NCBI GenBank assembly: GCA_043228905.1
Contig: JBHGNT010000004.1
Span: 13,516,001 to 13,580,000, forward strand
Direction: 5' to 3'
From: Azolla caroliniana
Taxonomy: Eukaryota > Plantae > Polypodiophyta
Length of the DNA stretch: 64,000 nt
Part shown: positions 33,799-48,442 of the stretch, in pieces
Layout: each line of letters begins with the position of its first letter
Position numbering within the stretch: the stretch's first letter is position 1
The notes under the pieces: model-generated
Databases searched by the model: none
Seen by the model: only the letters and a program-made list of their open reading frames with translations
What the model was told of the DNA's origin: nothing
Translations under genes and position numbers: made by a program

Positions 33799-36700
33799 TG
33801 TAGAAAGTAGTGTGCGGAAGCAAGTATAAAGACAGAACAGAAGGGAGAACACTCAGGTTTAATGGAGAGCTTGAGCTTACACAGTATACGTAGGAGAGAC
33901 CGAGAGAGTTGGAGAGAAGACACCAAAAGGAAGAGTATTTTTATTAAAGACAAAAAACAATACATATATGTGTTCAATGAACACTTTGTACAAGCCCTAG
34001 AAGGACTGACTGGAGTACTGACAGTACTTCAATGCTCATTAAGATCTCCTACACTAACTCCCAAATATATTCCTCACGGAATATCTTTCCTAACGGCCTG
34101 ACCGATCGGTCCCAGTCGATCCGGTCCTCGGCTTCCTCAGCCGATCCGGCCGATGTTGAGCTTGTCTCTCAACACTCCCCCTCAAGCTCAACTTGAGGCT
34201 CTTCGGGATCTTCACAACTCCGGTTCCTCCTAGCTTCACGCCTCGCTCGCGCTCCTCGACCTGTTCGACTCTGCGCGCTTCGACCCTTACGATCGGCTTG
34301 TCTGCTCATGTGACCCTTATCAGCTCTTCTGCTGTTGCGGTGTCGACACTTCTTCTACTGCCTTTTCTTCCACTTGGGCCTCGGTTGATTCAACGTGTCT
34401 GAATCAAACATCCGAACCGACTCAGCTACTTCTGATTGGTTTTCGCTCTCGTCCGAGTTGGATGTCTCCAACTCGTCTTCGGTCTTCTCGCCCTCGATGA
34501 CGTCATCTCCCCCATGCGTGGTTGGCTTCGGCTTTCTCCTTCAGCTGCTCCCCTTCTGTCCGCTTCCGGACTTTTCCGCGGGTCCGCCCTCGGCTTCTTC
34601 AGCCGATCCGAAGTCGAACTCGACAACCGACTCGGTGTCGCGGTCTCCGCTCCTTTCCTGCTGCCTTGCTTGGTCGTTCGGGACTGTCCTCCCCCTCAAG
34701 TTCGGCACGTCGAGGTGACGCAATCCAAGCGCACCTGAGAATTGCCACAACTTGTCCAGACCAAGAGGCTTTGTGAAGATGTCGGCAGTCTGCTGATCCG
34801 TCGGCACGTACTGAAGTTCGACTTCACCGGAAAGGACACGCTCACGGACGAAATGGTAGTGCACCTCAATGTGCTTGGTCCGTGCGTGGAAAACGGGGTT
34901 TTTCGCGAGCTGGATGCTGTTGAGGTTGTCGCAGTAGATCGTCGTCAGATCTGACACCTCCTCTTGCAGGTCCTTAAGGAGCCGCTTCAACCATATGGCT
35001 TCGCATGTCGCGACAGCCGCTCCTCGGTACTCAGCTTCGGTGCTCGACAGTGCAACTGTCGGTTGCTTCTTACTGCTCCACGCGATCGCGGCACTCCCGA
35101 GGGAGAACGCGTATCCAGACGTGGGTCGGCGATCGGCGGTGTTGCCAGCCCAATTAGCATCGGTGTAGCCGACTAGCTGCGCGACTGCACCAGTCCGATA
35201 TAGCAGTCCCCGGTCCTTAGTGCCGTTGACATACTGAAGTATGCGTCGCGCACACTGAAGGTGCTCCTCGGTAGGTCGCGCCATGAACTGACTGATCACC
35301 CCGACCGGATAACTGAGGTCGGGTCGGGTGATGGTCAAGTATATGAGGCTTCCGACAATTTGTCGGAACCTCGTCGGGTCGCATACCTTTCCCGTATCGG
35401 GACGAAGCTTGACGGTTCTGTCCAGAGGAGTCGAGACGGACTTACAGTCGGCCATCCCGAATTTGAAGAGCATACTCAGCACGTAATGACGTTGGCTGAT
35501 CAATATGCCTTTGGGGGTACAGATCACTTTGATCCTGAGGAAGTAATGAAGGTCCCCCAGATCCTTCATGTCGAACGATGCCGCAAGCTGGAGCTTCACG
35601 CGGTCGATTTCTCCTAGGTTGGCGCCTGTGATGACCAAGTCATCAACATATAGTAAAATACTAACCGGTCCGAGTCGACCTTTCCGGATGAACAGGGAAG
35701 AGTCCGATTTTGACGTGACGAAGCCCATCCGACACAGTTGTTGCGTGATCTTCGCGTTCCAGGCACGCGGGGTTTGCTTCAGTCCGTAAAGGGACTTCTT
35801 CAGTCGGCATACTGCCGAGGAGTTCGTTCCAGAGTGAAATCCCGGCGGTTGTACCATGTACACTTGTTCCTCAAGGTCACCTTGCAGGAACGCATTCTTT
35901 ACATCCATCTGATGTAAGTGCCAGCCCTTGGCCGCGGCTACTGCGAGCAAAACACGAACGATCGTCATTTTCGCAACCGATGCAAACGTCTCATCATAAT
36001 CGATGCCATGTTTCTGCGCGTAGCCCTTTGCCACTAGACGAGCCTTGTACCGGTTGACCGAGCCATCGGTGTTGTACTTGACTTTGTACACCCATCTACA
36101 CCCGATTGGTTTTACCCCTCTTGGGGCATCAACCAGGTCCCAGGTCTCGTTCTCCGCCAATGCGTGCATCTCTTCCTCCATCGCGGCACGCCAATTCGCG
36201 TCTTTAGCCGCTTCTGCGTAGTTCTCCGGCTCACGCACTTCCGCTACACAAGTCATGTACGCATAATGATGCGCCATGTACTCGTTGTATCCGAACCGCA
36301 AAACAGGATTCTTCTGGCGTGTAGATCAGCGTAATCTCACATTAGCCAATGTCGAGGCCTTCTTGATCGACGCGGTCTTCATCTTTAAAGACCCGTCACC
36401 GGTTCCCTCAGAGTCGGACTCACGTCGGTCTGACTCGTTCCTTTCCGTGCCGGAATCCGACACCTTCTTCTTCCCTTTCTATTTGCGCGTAAGCCGTCTC
36501 CTCGGCTTCCTGCGCGGGGAATGCACGACCGAGTCTCCACTACTCGCCGGCTCTTCATCGGACTGGTCGTACCGACTCAGTCGTCCAATCGGTCCACTTA
36601 ACCGGAGTGAAATCGGACTCTCTTCGCGGGTCTCGATTTCGGCCTCATCCGGAGGCATCTCGACCTCGCTGACCTCATTGTCAGAGCTCGGATTGGAGTC

Positions 36701-39437
36701 GAGGTTCGTAGTCGGGGGCAGGTACCAGGACGCGGACTTGTCAAACACAACGTCGCGGCTGACACGCGCTTGTTTGGTGTGAGGGTTATAGCACTTATAA
36801 CCCTTCTGCTCGTCCGAGTAACCGACCAAGATGCATCTCTCGCCCTTTGCGTCCAGCTTCCTCCTTTTCTCCTTCGGTATATGCACATACGCAATGCTAC
36901 CGAACACCCTCAAATATCGTAAGTTCGGCTTCGTTCCGAAGTATAGCTCGTGCGCCGACACCTTGTCTCCGATCCGGTTCTGGATGTATACTGCGGTCCT
37001 TACCGCCTCGGCCCAATAGAACTTGGGCAAGCTCTTCTCCTCCAGCATTGCCCGTGCCGCTTCCACAACTGACCGATTCTTTCTCTCGGCCACGCCGTTC
37101 TGCTCCGGCATGTATCTACAACTGAATTCGCGGCGAATTCCCATTTGTTGTAGGTAACCGTTGAATTGACCGGAAAAGTACTCTTTCCCGCCATCCGACC
37201 GCAGACACTTGATCTTTCATCCCGTTTCCGTTTCCACGAACCCTTTGAGGTCCCGAAAGCAGTCGAAGACTTCGCTCTTCCTCTCAATGAGGTAGATCCA
37301 CGTGTGCCGCGTGTGGTCGTCGATGAAGGAGACAAAATATCGGCTCCCACCAAGACTAACGTTTTGTGCCGGCCCCCATACATCGGAGTGTATAAGGTTG
37401 AGCTTGTTCCGGCTCCGGTTTCGCTCGTTGGGGAAAGGAAGTCAGTGTTGCTTCCCGAGCTGGCAAGCTTCACAAATTTGTGCCTTTCGGCCACTAAATT
37501 TGGGCAATCCGAACAATACCTGTTTCGATTGCAGATCTTGAAGCCGCTGGTACTGGAGGTGGCCTATCCGCTTTTGCCACAAGTCGATGTCCGACTCGGT
37601 TTTTCTTCCCTTCGCGAACATTGCGGTGCCGCCGTCAGTGGAGTCGAGGATGAACATCCTCCCATCTCTGCGCCCTTGCGCAATCACACGGCCTTCTTCC
37701 TCAATGAAGCACCCGAGGTGTGTAAACCGAACCTCCATCCCTTGGTCGACGATCTGTCCGACCGAGACCAAGTTTTTCGTGATTGTCGGAACGTGCAGCA
37801 CGTTCATGAGTTTCCCTTTCTGCCCGACATGGCTCAGGGGAACTTCTCCGACATTCGCGATTGGATGCAGAGTGACGTCTCCTGTTGCGACTACTCCAGG
37901 TTGTATCGGTTTTTCAAGGTACGAGAACCACTCCTTATGGCTCGTCATGTGGTTTGATGCGCCGGAGTCTACGTACCACACCTCGTCCGATCTCGGGGTG
38001 CTTTGTTTCATTGAGTTTGCTTCGTGTCTCGTCACGAAGGCAGACCCTTCTCCGGCTCTCCTAGAGTCTTCGGCGTAGTGCGATCGCTGCCGATTTCCCT
38101 TGTCGATATGTCTGGAGCCGTTTCCGGAACCGGTTCTCTCCGAATCGGCGCGCTTCTTCCAACACTCATTTTCCCTGTGGCCTTCCTTGCCACAGTACCA
38201 GCACTCCGCGATGGCCTTCCCTTGCCAGTTCTCATCGCTTCGACTCCCCCTATTTCCGGAGGGTCCGGAGTTGTTGTCGGCATCACTTCGGTGCCTTCTT
38301 CCTTGATCTCGTCGGCCGCTTCCATTGCGTACCGACTCGCCTCGTCCGCCACGACCATGGGGCCTTTCTCCCTCCGTGTACAACATCTTGTTGTTGGTGT
38401 GCGTGCTCGTCGACGCATCCGCGTGGTTCTCCTCTACCAGGAGCATCGACTGTAAGTCGAAAAAGGACGGCGTATTCTCCCGGGTACACACATCCGTTCG
38501 GAATGCTCCGAACTTCGACGCCAAACCTCCAAGACAGATCTGGACCATCTCGCTCTCCTCGATGTTCACCTCTATGGAGGCGAGGGAGTCGCAGATATCC
38601 TTGATCTTCGAGGTATAATCCGCCACCGACAAGTCGCGTTGTCGTAGGTTGCTCAACTCCTGTCAAAGTTGAAGCTTCCTGGCTGTGGTGCTCGCGGTGA
38701 AAATCTTCTTCAGATTTTCCCACGCACCCTTCGGCGTCTTTGCATCCCGAACATAGCTCAATAGTTGTTCGCCCACACACAACGCAAAGTAGTATAATAC
38801 CCTGCTCGCCGATTGCTCCCACGACGGAAAGTCTCTGTGTGTCGATTCAGGTGCCGCGTCATTAACTCCTTCGACATAACTCCAGTAGCCGTGCCCGAGC
38901 AGGTACTGGTGCATCTTGTAGGACCAAGACGCGTAGTTGGTTCTGTCGAGCTTCTCTGTTGGAAGCGAGCTCGTCATGCCTCTATCTATCGTTCTTCTTG
39001 TTCTTCTTCGTCAAGATGTGTCGGCTGCAGAGAGGTTCTCAACCCTCGCGCTCTGATACCATGTAGAAAGTAGTGTGCGGAAGCAAGTATAAAGACAGAA
39101 CAGAAGGGAGAACACTCAGGTTTAATGGAGAGCTTGAGCTTACACAGTATACGTAGGAGAGACCGAGAGAGTTGGAGAGAAGACACCAAAAGGAAGAGTA
39201 TTTTTATTAAAGACAAAAAACAATACATATATGTGTTCAATGAACACTTTGTACAAGCCCTAGAAGGACTGACTGGAGTACTGACAGTACTTCAATGCTC
39301 ATTAAGAGCTCCTACACTAACTCCCAAATATATTCCTCACGGAATATCTTTCCTAACGGCCTGATCGATCGGCCCCAGTCGATCCGGTCCTCGGCTTCTT
39401 CAGCCGATCCAGCCAATGTTGAGCTTGTCTCTCAACA
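33799..39437 (-). mobile_element. Full-length, relatively young Ty1/copia
   Basis: 376-bp LTRs at 33799-34174 and 39062-39437 (6 differences by eye), TSD AAGTT, tRNA-iMet PBS at 39051-39061 and PPT. gag-PR-INT-RT-RH is broken by a few stops. Confidence 0.97.
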
Positions 39438-39499
39438 AAGTTTAATGTTGATTTAAAACTTATGATTTGTTGTGTATCTTTCTTGTTTTCTTTTTAAAT

Positions 39500-41835
39500 C
39501 TTGCACAACATATTTTCTGTTTTACATAAGTGTTTAAGTGCTACTAAGTTTCAGAACAAGTGGTATCAGAGCAGAGGTTGAGCACTTCCTATGCCGACAA
39601 ATTTTTCCACAATGGTTTGCTTGAACGACACCAACTACCACAAATGGAAAGGTAAGATGAAAGATCTTCTTTTTGTGAAAAATCTACACTTACCTGTTTT
39701 TGCAAATGCTAAACCGGAGAGCAAAACTACTGAGGAATGGCTTTTCGAGAATCAATAGGTATGTGGTTAAACACTCTCCCTAATTCATGGGAAACTTTTA
39801 GGGTATCTCTAACTAATGCAGCCCCAAATGGAATTGCAACTACAGAATATGTCAAGAGTGGTGTTCTAAACGAGGAGATGAGATGAAGGACACAAGGGAA
39901 ATCGTCACATTCGAAGGTCTTGATGGTTGAGAGAGGGAGGAGTAAGCATACAAGACAAGGTCAAAACAACCGAGGGAGGAGTAGAAGTAAATCAAAACCA
40001 AGGTATAAAAATCTAGAATGTCATTTTTGTGGTAAAACAGGACACATAAAGAGGTATTGTTACAAGTGGAAAAAGGAGAACCACACATCTAGCGGTAAGC
40101 ATGAAAACAAAGGTAACGATGACAATTCTAATCGTGTTAATACAACTTCATCAGATGAATTACTTGTTGTTTATGATGAAAACGTGATTAATCTTGCTCA
40201 CAATGAAACTAATTGGGTTGTTGATAGTGGAGCATCGTTCCATGTCACACCTAGAAGGGAGTTTTTTACTTCTTATACTTTAGGGGATTTTTGAGTTGTG
40301 AAGATGGGCAATGACGGTATTTCAAAGGTGGTAGGCATCGGGACTATTTGTTTGGAAACCAACATGGGTTCAAAGTTGATTCTCAAGGAGGTAAGACATG
40401 TACCCGACATTCGCTTACATCTTAACTCAACCGGCAAATTAGATGATGATGGCTATTGCAACATCTTCAATGAGGGACAATGGAAACTCACTAAGGACTC
40501 ATTGGTTGTAGCTTGTGGTAAGAAATGCTCTAGTTTGTATTTATTACAAGCATCTATTTCTACTTATCTTCTGAATGCAGCTGAAAGCAACAATATGTCC
40601 GAGCTATGACATAAAAGGTTATCTCATATTAGTGAGAAGAGGCTTGATTTTCTAGCAAAGAAAAGCTTGCTTCCGGGTCTAAAAGATGCCAAGTTAGACA
40701 TGTGCAATCATTGTGTGGTAGGAAAGCAAAGAAGAGTCGCGTTCAAACAACATTCTTCTTCAAGAAAGGAAGAGGTACTTGAGTTGGTACATTCAGATGT
40801 TTGTGGTCCTTTAAAGGTAAAATCAATAGGTGGTACACTCTACTTTGTTACTTTTATTGATGACTATTCTAGGAAACTTTGGATTCAAACATTGAAAACT
40901 AAGGACCAAGTATTTAATGTGTTCAAAGATTTCATGCTTCTGTAGAAAGAGAGACAGGAAAAAACTGAAATGCATTCGCACCGACAATGGTGGGGAATAT
41001 CTTGGAGCTTTCGATGCATATTGTCGAGAGCACGAGATTAAGCATCCAAGGACACCACCAAAAACCCCACAACTAAACGGCTTGGCGGAAAGGATGAATA
41101 GGACTCTAGTTGAAAGAGTTCGATGTTTGCTCTCGGATGCGAAGTTATCCAAATCCTTTTGGGGTGAGGCTTTGAGTACCGTTGCATATGTTATTAACCT
41201 ATCTCCTATTGTTGCATTGCAGGGCGACGTTCCTAATAGAGTTTGGTATGGTAAGAATGTTTCATATGATCATTTACGTTTGTTTGGGTGTAAATGCTTT
41301 GTACATATACCTAAAGATGAACGGTCTAAATTAGATGTTAAATCTAAAGAATGTATTTTTATTGGTTATGGCCAAGATGAGTTTGGTTACAAATGTTATG
41401 ACCCAATAGAAAGGAGGCTCATTCGAAGTCGTGATGTGGTATTCATTGAGGATCAAACTATCGAAGATATTGAGAAGGTCAAAGAATCTAACACTAAAGA
41501 AGATGGTGGGCTTATTGATTTTGACCCGATTCCTACGACCGAAGATGCTACATATGGAGATGCTTCCCAACAAGATGAAAACCGTGAGGATGTTGATGAA
41601 CTAGGTATTATAAATAATAGGGTTGAAGCTAATCATGATGATATTTTACCTCAAACAGGTTTTGAGCGGGGGGAGCAAACTTCCTTACAAGAGGTGGTCA
41701 ATGAACAACCTAGAAGGTCTACTAGAGAACGAAAACCATCTATAAGGTATCCTAGTTCAGATTATGTTTTAATCTCTGACGAAGGGGAGCCTGAAAGTTA
41801 TTATGAAGTTTTAAACCATAAAGATAAGGATGCTT
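39500..41835 (+). mobile_element. Truncated copia of a Tnt1/Tork-like lineage (PBS, gag, PR, INT)
   Basis: TGGTATCAGAGC at 39561, then CHFCGKTGHIKRYC, WVVDSGASFH and TPQLNGLAERMNRTL. Confidence 0.88.
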
Positions 41836-42215
41836 ATGGTTGCACTACGCAAAAGGATCGGAAGGATCCGGAACCGGGAAGACCAGAAAAGGGCCAATCT
41901 TCGTGATGAAGCACAAGGTGAACTCGATGAAGAACACGACTTCCGGATCGGAGGAAGTGTGGTATGTTGATTCCGGAGCGTCAAACCACATGACGAGCCA
42001 CGAAGAGTGGTTCTCATTTTTGGAGAAACCGGAGGTGACACCCCTCACCCGATTGTGCATGTCGAGGAAGTCCCATCTCAGATCCTTCGTTGCTACGAGT
42101 CCGGCGCTTGTCGACCCATCGGTTTGTTTGTGTTGGTGTTCACTTCGGCGGCCTTCTCGTCCACTTGGCCTTTAGTTGATCCACCTCTTCCTAAGCCAAA
42201 TGTTGAACCGAATCG
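41836..42215. mobile_element. Two small copia fragments (PR on +; 3' UTR on -)
   Basis: VWYVDSGASNHMT motif. 42073-42215 is similar to 48484-48626. Confidence 0.65.
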
Positions 42216-45200
42216 GGAAGAAGATTTTGAAGAATAGGTGGTCCATGATGTGGCAACTACAAGTATCCAATTAGAAGCGGTAATGATAGTTTCATCACAT
42301 GATACTCGTCTAGAAGAGAAATTAAACGAGAAGTTTGAAGGGAAGAAGATGTCTCTCATGTCGATTCCGGAATTGAATGAAGATGATTGGCATGCATCAA
42401 ATGTTCAAATAAAAGGAAAGGAGACTTTGGTTGAATTTTCTCAACTTGGCACATACCGGAGGATGTGCAGGTTAGGAGGGGGTGCATGTCGTAAAGGGAG
42501 ACGACCGATTTCTGCCATCACGATTCCACACTTGCCTCAACTAGAACCACGCATCTCAACTTGGTTCGGTGACCCAACACTCCTTGGAGATCCACCTGAT
42601 TTCACTCATTGGAGTTGATTTACATTGTAAACTCAAAGTTCTTTAGTATTATTGTTCTTAGGTATTATTTGCATTATTTTGGAAGAAATGTTGTGTAGTC
42701 AAAACCATGTAATGTATTTCATGTGCACCATATAACGCACATGCAAAGTTTCTCTACATGTGTGCCACATGGTCCACATGCTTTATATCGCGCACATGCA
42801 CAAGCTTCTATGGGTGTGTGCCACGTGGCCTACATGTAATGACATCAATTTAGTATAAGAGGGGAGGATTATTTTCATGGAGGGGCAGGAAAACAATCAA
42901 AGAGTCCTATTTTTGTAAAGGGTTTTTCTCTCGAAGAAATAGTGAATTTCCTATTTTTTTGGCATTTCTTCTTTGACTACGCTTGAGGAGTAGCGTTGTA
43001 GGGTATTATCTTTATAACTCTCAATTCTGACATTTGTTTTCAATGTTCTATAGCCTGTTGGAAAGCTCTTCTAGAGGACTTTCCAATGTGTTTGCACACT
43101 TAATTTGGTTACGTAGGTGGAACGATATAAGGTTTTTTATCTTCACGGGTAGGGCTACAAACCACTCGTGACTATTGAGATACTTCCGATTCAACTTCTC
43201 ACTCTTCTCTTTCGTCTTCTGATTTCCACTCTCCTGGTTCAGAACTCCAGCGGTTCCGCCCGGACATGCCAAGATTATATACGTGATGTGCTTTGACACG
43301 ACATTTGGTGAACCTGACGTGAAAATGGGCGGCAAGGAGAGTGAGTTCTTTGGGATTTTACCTCTTTGAATATGGATGCAACACAACTTCAATCAATTCT
43401 AGAAGCGGTTCTCACAGGGAGGGAGAGGAGTTCAAACCTAGATCGAGTTGTGGATGGGGTATTAGAGAAGTTAGGTCCATTCACTGGAAAGGATGTGACC
43501 CGATTTTTGCAAGTGTTCGATGCGGAGATGTTACATCGCAATATTCCCACCGATTTGAAGAAATCCAACTTCCATCGTGTGGTAGATTCCGATGTTCTTC
43601 CTATCATAGAAGAGCTTCAAATGCAAGATGTTGAATGGGAAGCATTCTATTGTGATTTGCTCAGTGTTTTTAATTATGTTGATTCGACCAAGATGGATCG
43701 GTGGGCATTTGAAGCTTGGGTGGAGTTGAACAAGAAGCATGGGTCAGTTCTAGAAACCCTTACTAATTTTGAAGCAAAGTTCCGACAACTCTCAGTTCGG
43801 GAGCAAACTTTGCTTGAACCAGAGAAGGTGGTTCTCTTCCTTCACTCGGTTCCCTCTGCGGATAGGGTAGAGCTAGGAAAACTCATGGAATCAGGTGAAA
43901 CTGAAACAGGTTTAGAGAAGGACTGGAGCCGAATTTGGTCCATCGGCCTTCGATATGAGAAAAGAAGAACATGGTTGGGCTCGAAAGGACCTGGAAATGC
44001 TACTCCGACCTCCTCTTTGAAGACAGGAACAAGGATTGAGGCATCTATGGAGAAACCACAACCAAGTGAAGTAGATGACCTAGTGAAGCAATTCATGGAG
44101 TGGAAGATTTCTTACATGTCGAAGGTGCAACATGAGCCACAAGTGCAAGGAACTCTTCTGATTAGGGATTTTCGATGCTTATGGTGTGACAGTTTGGAGC
44201 ATCGAAGATTAGAGTGTGCGGAGCATCAGGAGGTGATGCAGTAGAACCTCATATTCTACAAGGATCGGTTGATCCACTCATCCATGAATCGTCAACCACT
44301 AAAGACAAATTTTGGGCGAGGAGGCATGAAAAAGCTCTTGGAGGAAGAAGAGCTTTGACATGCACAAGCAATTTTCCATTCTACTTCGGCTGCTATTCGA
44401 CTAATTGAATTGCGCAAGCAAGATCCAACTATTCAAACTGTTCTTATTGAAGATGGGTGTCAAAGGATTGGTTGGAGTGATCCAACTTTTCCCACAAATT
44501 ATGATGTGATGGTAGAGGAGAAGAGGATAAGAGAGGAAGCGTTGGATCGTGAATGAGTTCTAAAGAGGGCTGATTTTCGTTCTCCATCCGAAAAGAAAAA
44601 TTTGGACATGCAAAAGGCTGAACCAAACCCTGTACAAGTATCCAAAAAGTCATCTCCAACATTCCGGATGCGGACTGAATTGGAACAAGAGGTAGATGCT
44701 TCCTCTTTCATTGAAAATTATGTTCTAAAGCAACATGTCTTGGTTCCATTAGGAGACTTGTTGGCAGTCCCCAAAAAGGAAGTTCACGATGATTTACTGG
44801 AGAAGATGCGAAGAAAGAGAATTCCGGTTGATACAACAATGACCGCAAAGGAGGCTAGATGGAAAGAAGGATCTACACAAGTGCTGAAGCATGAAGATAA
44901 TATTCCGAGGAGCCACTTTACTCGGAATCACTAGGCTTGGGCAACTATAGAAACGAAAATACGACTTGGTGGTTTATTGGAGGCAGTCATGGCTCTGATT
45001 GATAGTGGCTCGAAGATAAACCTCATGTCCTTGGAGGTTTACAAGCAAGGACGGTGGTCGATGACTTCTTATCGCCATTGGAGGATTCGAGTAGCAACAC
45101 AATCATCAAAGGAGTTATCTAGAGCTTGACCAGATGTGGAGGTGTCAATCAGTGGTGTTACTGTGCTTCAACATTTCTTTATTTAGGATTCAACCACATA

Positions 45201-46455
45201 TCCAGTTATATTAGGGCAACCCTTTATGGTTGCTGCCCACATGGAGACCAAGGTATTGGATGATGGATCGGCCTATGCTCGGATCAAAGATATGGATGGT
45301 GGAAGGACAGGACAATTTCAGACAGTTCGACCTAATCATGAAAGAAACAAGGATAGTTTACATGTATCCTCTGATCAGTATTTTTAGATAGGACAATTGT
45401 AAAACAGGGCTATAATAGTCAGGGACAACAAAAGTCCTTGTATGAGAATAATTGTTCCGGAAATAATAAAGTGTATGTTTCTTATACCGGAGCAATCTCA
45501 TTTTCTTCTATTGATGATTTAAATCGTAAAAGCCAAGTAAATGTGGAAGAGATTCAGGTGATGCTTCTTAAACATCAGATTTTGGAACCAAATGATCAGG
45601 TGTCAGGAATTATGGATGAACTTTCCTTTGTGGATACCATTGGAGACTTGGAAAATTCTTTGTATTCAAATGAAGGTCAGTCATTTTCTATTCCGACCAA
45701 TTCAGTGGATATGTATGCTGAAATTGCAACATTTCAAAATCAGATGGATATGGTTGCTCGCATGTCCATACTAAATATAAGACAGTGGATCGGAAAGTCC
45801 GACCTGTAGTGGTACCATTGCCGGCTGATAGCATAGATAGGCTAAAAACGGTGAAGGAAGAACCAATGTTATGGGATCGGAGGATGATTGGTCATGTGTT
45901 TATGGAGTCTTCGCAAGGGAAGCTTCAGATAGGAGGGGGTGATTTCCTTAACCAAGTTGAAGAAAGCCAATTTCGAAAGATGTTATCTCAACATGGTTTA
46001 AAGGATTTTGCTTTTTCACCTTCAGAGATACATTGTGTGAACCCACAACTGGTGGAGCCAATGATTATCTTTACTGTCCCTCATATGCCTTGGAACTTGA
46101 AACCAATTCCTGTTCCAAGAGCTCATATTCCGAAACGCATTGAGTTGCTAAAAGAGAAGGTCCAGATGGCTATCTTGGAGCCTTCGAACGCTCCGTATTC
46201 TAACCAGTGGTTTACAGTGCCAAAAAAGAACGGATCTCTCAGGTTCATTCAAGATCTCCAACCAGTTAACAAAGTAATGATTCAGAATTGTGGAGTTGGT
46301 CCCATTGTGGATTCCTTCGCAGAATCTTTTGCAGGTAGAGCTATCTACTCCATGGCTGATTTGTATTCCGGATATGATCAATTTCAGCTTGCTTTGGATA
46401 GTAGGTGTAGAAGTGTATGTGCGGAAGCGTAAGACAACAGCTTGGTTGCGTAGCA

Positions 46456-46499
<44 letters not shown>

Positions 46500-48442
46500 G
46501 TACACAGAATACAGAGAGTACTCGGGAGAGACAGAGAGAGCAGAACAATAATCTATTACAAAACAATAATAGTTCTCTGTACATGAAACGTGCTCCACAA
46601 AACTATTTATACAAGTCCTGAGAGGACAGACAGAAGTACCACGTACTTCAATGCTCACTCGAGCGTCTAGCACTGACTACGAGACTATTAACTCCCTAGT
46701 AGTCTAGCTGCTACTAGGCTTCGGATTACTGATGGATCCGGCTAACCGGCTCCCTAGCTCACCGGCTCGCTTGCTCACCGGGTCACCGATCCGGCTCATC
46801 CTTCTGGATGCTGATTCGGCTCAAGCTTATTTAGCCGATCCGGATCCGGTTGAGCTTGCCGCTCAACACTCCCCCTCAAGCTCAACTTGAGGTCGGATCG
46901 TAGTGTCAGTCTCCATGGTAGCCGGTCCTTCCACCTGGCTCCTTCTGGTGTCACTCCGCCTCGCTCGCGCTCCTCCTCCGGTCCTGTCCCGTTTGCCGCG
47001 ACCCTTTTGTTCCTACGCACCTCGACCTCCTCAGTCGGCATGTCTGCTCAATAGGCCCAATTCAGCTCCCTCGCTGCTGTGACTTCGACACTTGCCCATT
47101 CACCGATTCCTTCATGTTGGCGTCGACTTTCGCTGCCTTCTTGTCCTCTTGGCCTTGAATTGATCCGGTTCTTCCGAATCCTTCTTTAGAACCGAATGGA
47201 ACATATATCTTGTTAGAATTTGATGGAACTCTTCTTCGAATTCCGATTGTTGGTAAACGAATTAAACTCTTTAAACAAAGAGCCGCTCTTGTTCCTTACA
47301 TTTTGCAGGATGAACGATCCGTGGAAGCTAATTCAAATTGGGAAGAAGATGTTGAAGAAGAGGTGGTCCATGACGTGGCAACTACAAATATCCAATTAGA
47401 AGCGGTAACGATAGTTTCATCACATGATACTCGTCTAGAAGAGAAATTAAATGAGAAGTTTGAAGGGAAGAAGATGTCTCTCATGTCGATTCCGGAATTG
47501 AATGAAGATGATTGGCATGCATCAAATGTTCAAATAAAAGGAAAGAAGATTTTGGTTGAATTTTCTCCACTTGGCACATACCAGAGGATGTGCAGATTAG
47601 GAGGGGGTGCATGTCGTAAAGGGAGACGATCGATTTGTGCCACCATGATTCCACACTTGCCTCAACTACAACCATCCATCTCGACTTGGTTCGGTGACCC
47701 AACACTCCTTGGAGAACCACCTGATTTGATTCATTGGAGTTGATTTACATTGTAGACTCAAAGTTCTTTAGTATTATTGTTCATAGGGATTATTTGCATT
47801 ATTTTGTAGCAAATGTTGTGTAGTCAAAACCATGTAATGTATTTCATGTGCACCATATAACGCACATGCAAAGTTTCTCTACATGTGTGCCACATGGCCC
47901 ACATGCTTTATATCGCGCACATGCACAAGCTTCTATAGGTGTGTGCCACGTGGCCTACATGTAATGACATCAATTTAGTATAAGATGGGAGGATTATTGT
48001 CATGGAGGGGGGAAGGGGGGGGGGGGGGAACAATCAAAGAGTCCTATTTTTGTAAAGGGTTTTTCTCTCGAAGAAATATTGAATTTCCTATTTTTTTGGC
48101 ATTTCTTCTTCGTCTGCGTTTGAGGAGTAGCGTTGTACGGTATTTTCTTCATAACTCTCAATCTAGCGTCTGTTTTCGACGTTCTATAGCTCATTGGAAA
48201 GCTCTTCCAGAGGGCTTTCCAAATCTGTGTTTGCATACTTAATGTGGTTACGTAGGTTGAACGATATAAGGTTTCTTGACTTCACGGGTAGGGCTGCAAA
48301 CCACTTGTGACTATTGAGATACTTCCGGCTCGACTTCCCACTCTTCTCTTTCATCTTCTTATTTCCACTCTCCTGGTTCAGAACTCCAACGGTTCCACCT
48401 AGACACACCAAGATCTTATATGCGACGTGCTTCAACACGACA
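42216..48442 (+). mobile_element. tRNA-Trp-primed Ty3/gypsy with an internal deletion; LTRs 42487-43303 and 47612-48442
   Basis: TGTCGT...ACGACA LTRs, PBS at 43306, gag at 43366-44244, PR ALIDSGS and RT start PWNLKPIPVP..DLYSGYDQF. A PPT precedes both LTRs. Confidence 0.9.
46406..47190 (-). mobile_element. Copia 3' LTR (46406-46868) plus PPT and 3' UTR inside the gypsy
   Basis: TGTAGAAG...CTCAACA followed by CTCCCCCTCAAG. Related to the 33799 LTR. Confidence 0.8.

Noticed and set aside
37166-38618. Long plus-strand ORFs
   Set aside because: They are antisense shadows of the GC-rich copia polyprotein.
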